From Candidatus Woesearchaeota archaeon (lineage in GTDB: Archaea; Nanobdellota; Nanobdellia; UBA10117; ARS21): a stretch of 57,681 nucleotides of DNA. Positions 9,225-17,048 of the stretch are shown in pieces (the first letter of the stretch is position 1; the number at the start of each line of letters is the position of its first letter). Both the position numbers and the translations under genes were made by a program. The notes below the pieces were generated by a model. The model did not search any database, had not been told where the DNA came from, and was given only the letters and a program-made list of their open reading frames with translations. The DNA lies in the NCBI GenBank assembly GCA_964615505.1, contig CAZTOR010000001.1:1-57681 (forward strand), written 5' to 3'.

Positions 9225-10090
9225 AGATATATCAGCGTGCAAATGAATTGTTTGGAAGCATAGTCAAAAATAATAATAAATATTTTAAAAAAATTGGTCC
9301 AAAATTAAAAATTGCAAGATTAGGAGTTCCAATTGAGGCATACGGTTCATTGATTATATTCTTGTCATTAGCGAGCTTCGGATTATCTTTTTTATTTTTA
9401 GAATTGATTGGACTTTTGACAATGGGTTTCAGTTTAATTGGTTTGGCAGTAAACTTTTTTGTTGCTTTATTTATTGGGTTAATAGTAGGAGGTTTTGTTT
9501 ATCTTTACCCTTCTTTTGTAATTAGTGAAAAAAAGGATAAAATTGAGAATTCATTAGCTTTTGTTTCAATCTACATGTCAACCCTATCTAAATCAGGGTT
9601 TGAACCTCAGAAAATATTTGGATTATTGAGTAAATTCAAAGACTATCCGGCTGCTGCAGAAGAATCTAGAAAAATAGATCATGAAGTTAATAAATTGGGT
9701 ATGGATTTGCGGACATCATTAGATAGAGCTATTGCTCGTTCGCCATCTCCTGAATGGACAGAGTTTTTGGCTGGAATAAAAAATAGTATTGAAGTCGGAG
9801 GTGATCTAAATAAATATTTAGATGAAAAGGCAAAGGGTTTTGTTCATGAATATAAACGAAAACTTCAATCTTTTGGTAAAACTTTGACTTTGTTAATGAA
9901 TTTATACATTACAATAATTATCGTTGGTACAATATTTTTCATTGTGGTTTCTTCGTTAATGGGTGCAGTTGGAGGGATATCAATATCTACGATTAAAGCA
10001 TTTCACTATCTAACTGTGTTTGCAGGATTACCGTTAATAACTACCGCATTGATATTACTAATTAAGAATTCATCACCATGGGCAGAATAA
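9221..10090 (+). CDS. TadC/FlaJ/PilC-like polytopic platform protein 1
   Basis: TM helices flank a T2SS-F-like cytoplasmic helical domain (AFVSIYMSTLSKSGFEPQKIF ... FLAGIKNSIEVGGDL). 4-nt overlap with the ATPase gene. Confidence 0.75.
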   Translation: MKIYQRANELFGSIVKNNNKYFKKIGPKLKIARLGVPIEAYGSLIIFLSLASFGLSFLFLELIGLLTMGFSLIGLAVNFFVALFIGLIVGGFVYLYPSFVISEKKDKIENSLAFVSIYMSTLSKSGFEPQKIFGLLSKFKDYPAAAEESRKIDHEVNKLGMDLRTSLDRAIARSPSPEWTEFLAGIKNSIEVGGDLNKYLDEKAKGFVHEYKRKLQSFGKTLTLLMNLYITIIIVGTIFFIVVSSLMGAVGGISISTIKAFHYLTVFAGLPLITTALILLIKNSSPWAE

Positions 10091-11220
10091 AAGAGTTAAT
10101 GAGAAATAAGAAATTGTTTTACACAGCTCTTGCTCTTCCTGCTCCCTTTATTCTGGCACTGGCTGCGTTTTTAATGGGCGCAAGTAGTACCACCATTATT
10201 GCTTTACTTTCAATCGGTCTAATTATCGTAGTTCTACCTTCCATTTGGATATCCTTCAAAGAATTTTCTGAAATAAAGTCTGCCGAAGATCAATTTCCAC
10301 ACTTTCTAGAAGACTTGTCTCAATCTGCATCTGCAGGAATGACTCTCCCTCAAGCAATATCTGTGGCGAGTAAAACACATTACGGTAAATTAACGAGTCA
10401 TATCAAACAACTTAATATCTGGTTGTCGTGGAGTCAAGCTTTTCCAAAAGCCTGGGAAAAATTTACAAAACGTTTAGCTGCGAGTCAGTTAATCCGTAGA
10501 GTTAATGCAATTATTCTTGAAGCATTCCATAGCGGAGGAGATGTTAAAAAAACACTTGGTTCTCTTGCTGAAGATGTTAACATAATAAAAGATATGGAAT
10601 CTGAACGAAAATCAATAATGCATCAACAGATTATAATTATGTATATAATCTTTTTTGTATTTGTTGGAGTAATAATTGCGCTTTACAAAATCTTGTCTCC
10701 GATTCTATATGTTCAGCAAATTGGTTCATTCTCAGGAATTGGTATACAAGAAGGTGGCGCTAAACTAACAATTGAATATTTCCGAAATTTATTTTTCCTT
10801 ATGACCTTAGTTGAAGCAATTTGTGCAGGCCTAATTGCAGGTCAAATTGCTGAAGAAAGATTAGTTGCAGGAATTAAGCATGTAGTGATTATGGTTTCAG
10901 CAAGCGTTTTTGTATTCTTTGTATTTGTATTTCCGGCAGAACTATCTGTCGAAATTTCTGTATTCCCAACAGAGGCACCAATAGATAGCAAAATTACAGT
11001 TGTAGGTAAGGTCTTCTCCGAGGGAGCTCCAGTTTCAGGAGCAGATGTAATAATTACGGATAGTTCAGGGCTTCCTAAGCAAATCTTTACGGATAATTCA
11101 GGAGAATTTAGGTACTTTTGGGCAACTCCTGAACAAGCCGGAGAATATAATATTCATATAACTATTGAAGATGAAAAAGGTACGAAAAATTTCGTTCGAA
11201 CAGTTAGAGTAATTAGCTAA
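10078..11220 (+). CDS. TadC/FlaJ/PilC-like platform protein 2 with a C-terminal beta-sandwich-like extension
   Basis: T2SS-F-like segments (FLEDLSQSASAGMTLPQAI ... AIILEAFHSGGDV) and TM helices. The last 90 aa or so (ITVVGKVFSEGAPVSGADVIITDSSGLPKQIFTDNSGEFRYFWATPEQAGEYNIHI) resemble a carboxypeptidase-regulatory/Ig-like fold. Confidence 0.75.
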   Translation: MGRIKELMRNKKLFYTALALPAPFILALAAFLMGASSTTIIALLSIGLIIVVLPSIWISFKEFSEIKSAEDQFPHFLEDLSQSASAGMTLPQAISVASKTHYGKLTSHIKQLNIWLSWSQAFPKAWEKFTKRLAASQLIRRVNAIILEAFHSGGDVKKTLGSLAEDVNIIKDMESERKSIMHQQIIIMYIIFFVFVGVIIALYKILSPILYVQQIGSFSGIGIQEGGAKLTIEYFRNLFFLMTLVEAICAGLIAGQIAEERLVAGIKHVVIMVSASVFVFFVFVFPAELSVEISVFPTEAPIDSKITVVGKVFSEGAPVSGADVIITDSSGLPKQIFTDNSGEFRYFWATPEQAGEYNIHITIEDEKGTKNFVRTVRVIS

Positions 11221-12242
11221 TGAAAAAAGGATATGTTGTAGGAGAGTATATTATTGTAACATTTTTTTTCCTAATCTTATTTGTAGGCATTGTAGATAGA
11301 GTTGTTTTAATTACTTCGGAAGAAGTAGATTTAGCACAAGATTATGAATCTTGTGCAAATTCAGAGAGAATTTTTAAGGAGCTGGTAGATAATGAGGTTG
11401 AGGTTGCGAAATACGGTATAAGTTCTGACACGGGTACAGTAAATTATGATTCAATTAAATATATTTATGACAACAAAAATCTATCTAACTATAATAATGA
11501 TACAAATAAAAGCGATTCATTTAAGTTGGCGTATGAAATAAAGGGTTTTGATGTTCAGTCTGCTTATTCTACACCGAGAGAAGATATTAGTCAATCAGGT
11601 AGAGATTCACCTGTAGCCCAAATTTGGTTAAATCACACTAATGGCTCTAATTCTTCACTTGTTCAAAATGTAATTGGAATAGGCTCTGCTAAAAATACCT
11701 CTGGAGCAAGTGACGTATATCTAACTATTGAGATGGTGATTCCAAATGCTACTTTGATTAATAGTTATACTGACTCAGGATATTGTTCGCATCTAGGTGC
11801 AGGTGATACAGTGACATATACTCAAAAATCATATGGGCTTTTAGTAAATTATAATTCTAAGATTAACAATGGTTGCGACCATAGATATATTGCTTATACG
11901 ACCAACAAAACTACGCTTTCTGATTGGGATGAACATTGGACTAGGTATGGTCCAAATTTCGGTCCAATTCAAGATATTCAACGAAATAATAATTTAATTT
12001 TTATCAGAGATATTTCGTTTAGGAGTAAAACATTGGATAAAGATTATCCCGTCTATCTCGGTAATGATACTTTAGCTAAACTTGAATGGGGTGCACCTTC
12101 AGCAAATGGTTGTGAATACAAACGACTTTACAAAATTAAAGATGATGATTCATTTTTAATAAATCAGAGTATATTTGATGAAGAGCATGAAGTGAATATA
12201 TCTCGAAATTTTATGGGGGAAATTAAAGTAACTTCAATATGA
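11220..12242 (+). CDS. prepilin-like secreted protein, 340 aa, rich in N-x-S/T sequons
   Basis: N-terminus MKKG/YVVGEYIIVTFFFLILFVGIV, with Glu at +5 after the putative Gly cleavage site. It has 4 Cys and about a dozen N-x-S/T sequons. TAATG junction with the upstream gene. Confidence 0.5.
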   Translation: MKKGYVVGEYIIVTFFFLILFVGIVDRVVLITSEEVDLAQDYESCANSERIFKELVDNEVEVAKYGISSDTGTVNYDSIKYIYDNKNLSNYNNDTNKSDSFKLAYEIKGFDVQSAYSTPREDISQSGRDSPVAQIWLNHTNGSNSSLVQNVIGIGSAKNTSGASDVYLTIEMVIPNATLINSYTDSGYCSHLGAGDTVTYTQKSYGLLVNYNSKINNGCDHRYIAYTTNKTTLSDWDEHWTRYGPNFGPIQDIQRNNNLIFIRDISFRSKTLDKDYPVYLGNDTLAKLEWGAPSANGCEYKRLYKIKDDDSFLINQSIFDEEHEVNISRNFMGEIKVTSI

Positions 12243-12610
12243 ACAAGCGCGGTTATGTATATTTCATTGAAATAATATTTGCAGTAGTTTTGGCATTTTC
12301 CTTATTTACTTCTCTACAAGTCACTTCACTTCAACAAGATAGGAATATTGAAATTAATTCGTTGATTGCCTATGATTTACTTCGAGAGCTGAATGGACAT
12401 GATATAATTTCTGATGAAGAACCATATAATTCCGAATTTGTTGAAGATTATGTGGACGCGTATTTGCCAGATACTTTTGGGTTTTACCTTACTAATGGAA
12501 CAGTTAACCTTCCAATAAGTAATTATGATTTAAGTTATGCAGAATATACCTATAAAGATTCAACCGGAGGATGGTCTACACTTAAATTATATATATGGAG
12601 TAAACTATGA
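12239..12610 (+). CDS. prepilin-like protein, 123 aa
   Basis: N-terminus MNKRG/YVYFIEIIFAVVLAFSLF. ATGA overlap with the upstream gene. Confidence 0.5.
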   Translation: MNKRGYVYFIEIIFAVVLAFSLFTSLQVTSLQQDRNIEINSLIAYDLLRELNGHDIISDEEPYNSEFVEDYVDAYLPDTFGFYLTNGTVNLPISNYDLSYAEYTYKDSTGGWSTLKLYIWSKL

Positions 12611-13233
12611 AAGGACAATTCTTTATCTCAGGTGTTGTAGTAATTGCAGTTATCTTACTCGTTTCTATGACTTATGCAAATAGTGCTGAAGAGCTTCGGA
12701 TTTATGGCGGAAATGATTTGGCTTTTGAAAATTATAAGAATGCTTATGAAGACGCAGTGCCCGATGATTGGATTGATACTCACTACGATAGCAGAAAAGT
12801 AATTGGTATTTGTGTGGATGATCCTACTTCATCAGCTTATTTTAATACAACAGTTCAATTTTCTGTTAGTACAGATTGTAAAAAGGAATTATATTCGACA
12901 ACCCCTTTTTTAATTGAATATGTTGGCGGTGGTTTAACTTCTTGCAATATTGTAATTCAGCCGTCTTCATTAAGTCTTAATTCCAAAAATTGTACATCCT
13001 TGTATATATACTACAACGGAAGTATGAGTAACGATATTCCAAATGTTGGTGATACTGCAGGAGATGTAAATGGTTCTTTAATTGATTTTATATCAATCTC
13101 AACAAGTCCTCATAGCGAGTTAGTTACTAATTATCGCGAGAAAAATATTTTAGTTAGTGAGACTTCAAGTACAAATAAAATATATAATGTAAGTTACAAA
13201 TCAAATAGAATTGATTATACCGGTCAACTTTAG
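12607..13233 (+). CDS. prepilin-like protein, 208 aa
   Basis: N-terminus MKG/QFFISGVVVIAVILLVSMTY. It has 4 Cys and several N-x-S/T sequons. ATGA overlap with the upstream gene. Confidence 0.5.
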   Translation: MKGQFFISGVVVIAVILLVSMTYANSAEELRIYGGNDLAFENYKNAYEDAVPDDWIDTHYDSRKVIGICVDDPTSSAYFNTTVQFSVSTDCKKELYSTTPFLIEYVGGGLTSCNIVIQPSSLSLNSKNCTSLYIYYNGSMSNDIPNVGDTAGDVNGSLIDFISISTSPHSELVTNYREKNILVSETSSTNKIYNVSYKSNRIDYTGQL

Positions 13234-13266
13234 ATTGATTATTAAACTTACTTAAGAATTAATAGT

Positions 13267-15402
13267 ATGTTAGTTTCAAAAATTAAAGATAAGTTACCGT
13301 TAAAATTTTATGAATCTTTGGAGTTTGAAAAATTTCGTCCAAGTCAAGAAAAAGCAATACATGCTGGACTATTAGATGGGAAGAATATGTTAGTTTGCTC
13401 TCCCACCGCCTCAGGTAAAACTTTTGTTGCAGAATTAGCAGGAATAAAACGGATTTTAGAAGAAGGTGGAAAGATGGTTTATATTGTTCCGTTAAAGTCT
13501 CTGGCTTCTGAAAAGGCAGATGAATTTAAAGAAAAATATGGTGATTTTGGTATTCAAACTGCATTGTCTATTGGAGATCCTGATTCAAGAGAAGGGTGGC
13601 TATCAAAATATGATATAATTGTTTGTACAAGTGAAAAATTTGATTCGTTATTAAGACATAATATTAATTGGCTCAAAGATGTTAAAACCGTAGTTTTTGA
13701 TGAGATACATTTATTGAATGATTCGAAGCGAGGTCCAACTTTGGAAATTATAATAACTTTGTTGAAACGAATTTTGAAAAAAGTTCAGATTATTGGTTTG
13801 AGTGCCACGATCGGCAATCCTGCAGAATTTGCAAAATGGTTGGATGCCGAATTAGTTGAAGATAAATGGAGACCTGTCGAATTACATCAAGGAATTTTTC
13901 ATGAAGATGAATTGAAGTTTTTTGATTTTAAAAAAAATAAAGAAATTGCTAAATCAGTAAGTGATGATGTTCTTCGTTTGGCAATTGATACAATTAAATT
14001 AAAAAAACAGGCTCTGATTTTCTGTCCAACTAAAAGATCTGCTGAATCAACGGCAGAAAAAATTTCAAATCTGATTGAAATGGAAGGAAATGAAGAAATA
14101 TCTGGCAAGATTTTAGGTTCTGCGGGTTCTGCAACCCGACAATGTATTAGATTATCTAAGTGTGTTAGAAGAAGCGTAGCATTTCACCATGCAGGATTGA
14201 TGAGTAAACAAAAAAAGATTGTTGAAAATGGATTTAGAAATGATAATATCAAAATCATATGTTGTACTCCTACTTTGGCCATGGGGGTTAACCTTCCCGC
14301 ATTCAGAGTAATAATGAAGAGTTTGAAACGATTTACAGGAAGAGGGATGAATTGGATTCCCGTTTTAGAATATCATCAGATGACTGGTCGTGCAGGCCGG
14401 CCAACTTTTGGAGATGATTTTGGTGAAGCCATAACTTTGGCCGGAACTGAAAAAGAGCTTAATTTCATAAGAGAAAAATATGTTAATGGTAGTTCAGAAG
14501 AGATTACATCCAAACTTTCGGTTGAACCGGTATTAAGATCTGCAGTTTTGAGTTTAGTGGCAAGTGGATTTGTAATAAAATTAGAAGATTTGGTTGAATT
14601 TTTTAAAGAAACATTCTACGGAACACAATTTGGAGATGATTTTGGATTCAGATTAAAAATTGAAGATGCGGTAGATTCCTTAATAGATTTCGGATTTATT
14701 AAGAAAACGGACAATAATATTTTACCGACAAAAATTGGCCGGAGGGTTTCAGAACTATATATCTATCCTGATGCTGCTCATGATTTGATTGAAGGCCTTA
14801 ATTCATTAAACACTAATTTTGAAAATATTGCGCTTATTCACTTGATTGCATCTAACTGGGAAATGTATCCGTGGACAAATATTCAAAAGAAAGATTATGA
14901 ATGGATTGAAACTTCAGTTGATGAAATTCTACCGAAAATTGTAGGAGAACCTCCAAAAGAGTGGGATTGGACTTATTCAGAATTTTTGAAAAAATCAAAA
15001 ACTTGCTTCTTAATGAATGAATGGATTCATGAAAGTAATGAAGAATTTATCTTAGATGAATACAACGTGCCTCCGGGAGAATTGAGAAATGTTATTTCCA
15101 AGGCAGATTGGTTGCTTTACGGAGCATCAGAATTATGTAAACTGACAGATAATCTTGAGAAAGTAAATCAAATTAACAAAATTAAATTGAGAATAAAGAA
15201 TGGGATTAAAGAAGAATTAATTCCATTAGTTAGGCTACGCGGAATTGGTCGTGTTCGGGCTCGGCGTCTGTATAATGCAGGTCTGAAAAATGTTTTGAAA
15301 TTGAGAGCTGCCAAATTAGATGAATTATCCAGAATTTTAGGTAAAGCAACTGCTGAAAAAGTTAAGGAGCAAGTTAGTAAAAAGGTTATTAGAGAATCCT
15401 AG
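13267..15402 (+). CDS. hel308: Ski2-like DNA helicase Hel308/Hjm
   Basis: Walker A CSPTASGKT, DEIH box, SAT, HHAGL and motif VI QMTGRAGRP. The C-terminal HhH-like LRGIGRVRARRLY and the 711-aa length are typical of Hel308. Confidence 0.9.
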   Translation: MLVSKIKDKLPLKFYESLEFEKFRPSQEKAIHAGLLDGKNMLVCSPTASGKTFVAELAGIKRILEEGGKMVYIVPLKSLASEKADEFKEKYGDFGIQTALSIGDPDSREGWLSKYDIIVCTSEKFDSLLRHNINWLKDVKTVVFDEIHLLNDSKRGPTLEIIITLLKRILKKVQIIGLSATIGNPAEFAKWLDAELVEDKWRPVELHQGIFHEDELKFFDFKKNKEIAKSVSDDVLRLAIDTIKLKKQALIFCPTKRSAESTAEKISNLIEMEGNEEISGKILGSAGSATRQCIRLSKCVRRSVAFHHAGLMSKQKKIVENGFRNDNIKIICCTPTLAMGVNLPAFRVIMKSLKRFTGRGMNWIPVLEYHQMTGRAGRPTFGDDFGEAITLAGTEKELNFIREKYVNGSSEEITSKLSVEPVLRSAVLSLVASGFVIKLEDLVEFFKETFYGTQFGDDFGFRLKIEDAVDSLIDFGFIKKTDNNILPTKIGRRVSELYIYPDAAHDLIEGLNSLNTNFENIALIHLIASNWEMYPWTNIQKKDYEWIETSVDEILPKIVGEPPKEWDWTYSEFLKKSKTCFLMNEWIHESNEEFILDEYNVPPGELRNVISKADWLLYGASELCKLTDNLEKVNQINKIKLRIKNGIKEELIPLVRLRGIGRVRARRLYNAGLKNVLKLRAAKLDELSRILGKATAEKVKEQVSKKVIRES

Positions 15403-16126
15403 AAAATATTAGGAAAGCAGTGTGTCCGATTGAATGTGATTTTGGTCTTGAGATTCTTCCTTTGAAGGTCCACTCACGTTCTTGGATTTCAACTACTCTT
15501 TCAATCAAAATATTATTATCGCTACAGAAATTTACGTATTCTTGAACTTGAGAAATTTGTGGTAAATAGGTAATAACATAACCACCGGGTTTGATATTTT
15601 TCTTAATTGTTGATACTCGCCAGGGTTCAGCCAAATCTAAAATCATTGCATCAAAATTTTTTTCTTTAATGTCAGAATATGCGTCTCCGTGTTTCGCTCG
15701 GACATTTTTTAGTCCCAATTCTTCGAAATTTTCTTTTGCGAGTTTATGGTTTGCTTTTGATTTTTCATAAGTTACAACTTTACCCTTGGATCCAACAACT
15801 CGAGATAAAAATGAAACCATCCATCCTGTACCTGTGCCTGCATCTATAACTTTTGAGCTCTCTCCAATTCCGGTTTCAGTAATTATTAAACCTGCATCTT
15901 TTGGTAAAATTATTTGAGGTCCCCGTTTAAATTTCTTCATTAAATCAAATCTACTTGGCTCAACTACTGTGAAAATTGATCCTTTTGCACTATTGACTCT
16001 ATCTCCGAACTTCTTTATTTGAGTTAAATCGATTGCACCTTCTTTAGTGTGGAATTTTTCTTTTCTATATTTTATCAAATACCTGGATTCAGTTCCTAGT
16101 AAAAGAATTCGGGTTCCTTTTCGCAT
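15389..16126 (-). CDS. trmI: tRNA (adenine-N1)-methyltransferase, TrmI/Gcd14 family
   Basis: Gcd14-type N-terminal beta domain followed by the SAM-binding motif IDAGTGTGW and a Rossmann fold. Its 3' end overlaps the convergent hel308 gene by 14 nt. Confidence 0.8.
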   Translation of the reverse strand: MRKGTRILLLGTESRYLIKYRKEKFHTKEGAIDLTQIKKFGDRVNSAKGSIFTVVEPSRFDLMKKFKRGPQIILPKDAGLIITETGIGESSKVIDAGTGTGWMVSFLSRVVGSKGKVVTYEKSKANHKLAKENFEELGLKNVRAKHGDAYSDIKEKNFDAMILDLAEPWRVSTIKKNIKPGGYVITYLPQISQVQEYVNFCSDNNILIERVVEIQEREWTFKGRISRPKSHSIGHTAFLIFSRIL

Positions 16127-16196
16127 ATTAAATCTGTTTAGTTAGGAATATAAATATATTGACAAGCTTTAAAACATTGGTAGAGTAAGAATTCTT

Positions 16197-17048
16197 ATGA
16201 GTTTCAAAACTTCTTATAATAAAAACTGGAAGAAACTAATGATACTTCCTGTATTGATTTTAGTTATTTCTCTAACTATTTTAGGAAATAATTATTCTAG
16301 TTTTGGAGATTTTATTGAAAAGGATGTTTCTTTGAAAGGAGGGTATTCAATCACTGTTGAGACAGAAAAGGAGTTCTCAACTTCAGAGCTTGAGCAAAGT
16401 TTGGGCGATGATGTTTCCATTAAAAAATTGAAATCTATTGCCACAGGTGGGGCACTAGGTTATACTATTGATTATGGCGGAGATGACATTGAAAATTTCT
16501 TGAGTCAAATTGAATCTCTTTTTGGAGTTTATGAATATAGTATAGAAGAAATATCTCCTGCAATTAGTCAAAGATTTTGGGAAGGAACACTAAAAGCAGT
16601 TAGCTTAGCAATTATTGCAATGTCATTTGTAGTGTTTTTATATTTTAGAAAGATTGTTCCAGCAGCGGCAATTGTTTTGTCAGGCGTTTCAAATATTATT
16701 GGCACCCTTGCTGCAATGAGTCTAATCGGAGTTAGCTTATCTGCATCAGGTATTGCGGCAATTTTGATGTTATTAGGATATTCAATTGATTCCAACATTG
16801 TTTTGACCGCACGAGTTATGAAAAATAAGAAAGATAGTCTAGAAGATAGAATTACTTCTGCTGTAAAAACCGGACTTACTATGTCTGTAACTTCGATTGC
16901 AGCTTTGACAGTCCTATACTTAACTAGTACTGCGGAGATTTTGAAAATTATATCTTTAACTTTGATTATTGGTTTGATTTTGGATATCCTGAATACTTGG
17001 GTCCAGAATGCAGGAATATTAAGATTTTACTTAGGTGATAAAAAATGA
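16197..17048 (+). CDS. secF: protein-export membrane protein SecF
   Basis: One N-terminal TM helix, a periplasmic-type loop, then a 5-TM SecD/SecF C-terminal domain. ATGA overlap with secD. Confidence 0.85.
   Translation: MSFKTSYNKNWKKLMILPVLILVISLTILGNNYSSFGDFIEKDVSLKGGYSITVETEKEFSTSELEQSLGDDVSIKKLKSIATGGALGYTIDYGGDDIENFLSQIESLFGVYEYSIEEISPAISQRFWEGTLKAVSLAIIAMSFVVFLYFRKIVPAAAIVLSGVSNIIGTLAAMSLIGVSLSASGIAAILMLLGYSIDSNIVLTARVMKNKKDSLEDRITSAVKTGLTMSVTSIAALTVLYLTSTAEILKIISLTLIIGLILDILNTWVQNAGILRFYLGDKK

Noticed and set aside
7548-11220. The FlaI-like ATPase plus FlaJ-like membrane proteins could be an archaellum (motility) operon.
   Set aside because: No FlaH (KaiC-like), FlaF/FlaG or FlaC/D/E/X genes are present. 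There are two half-size TadC-like proteins instead of one FlaJ. The filament genes have pilin-like rather than archaellin-like bodies.
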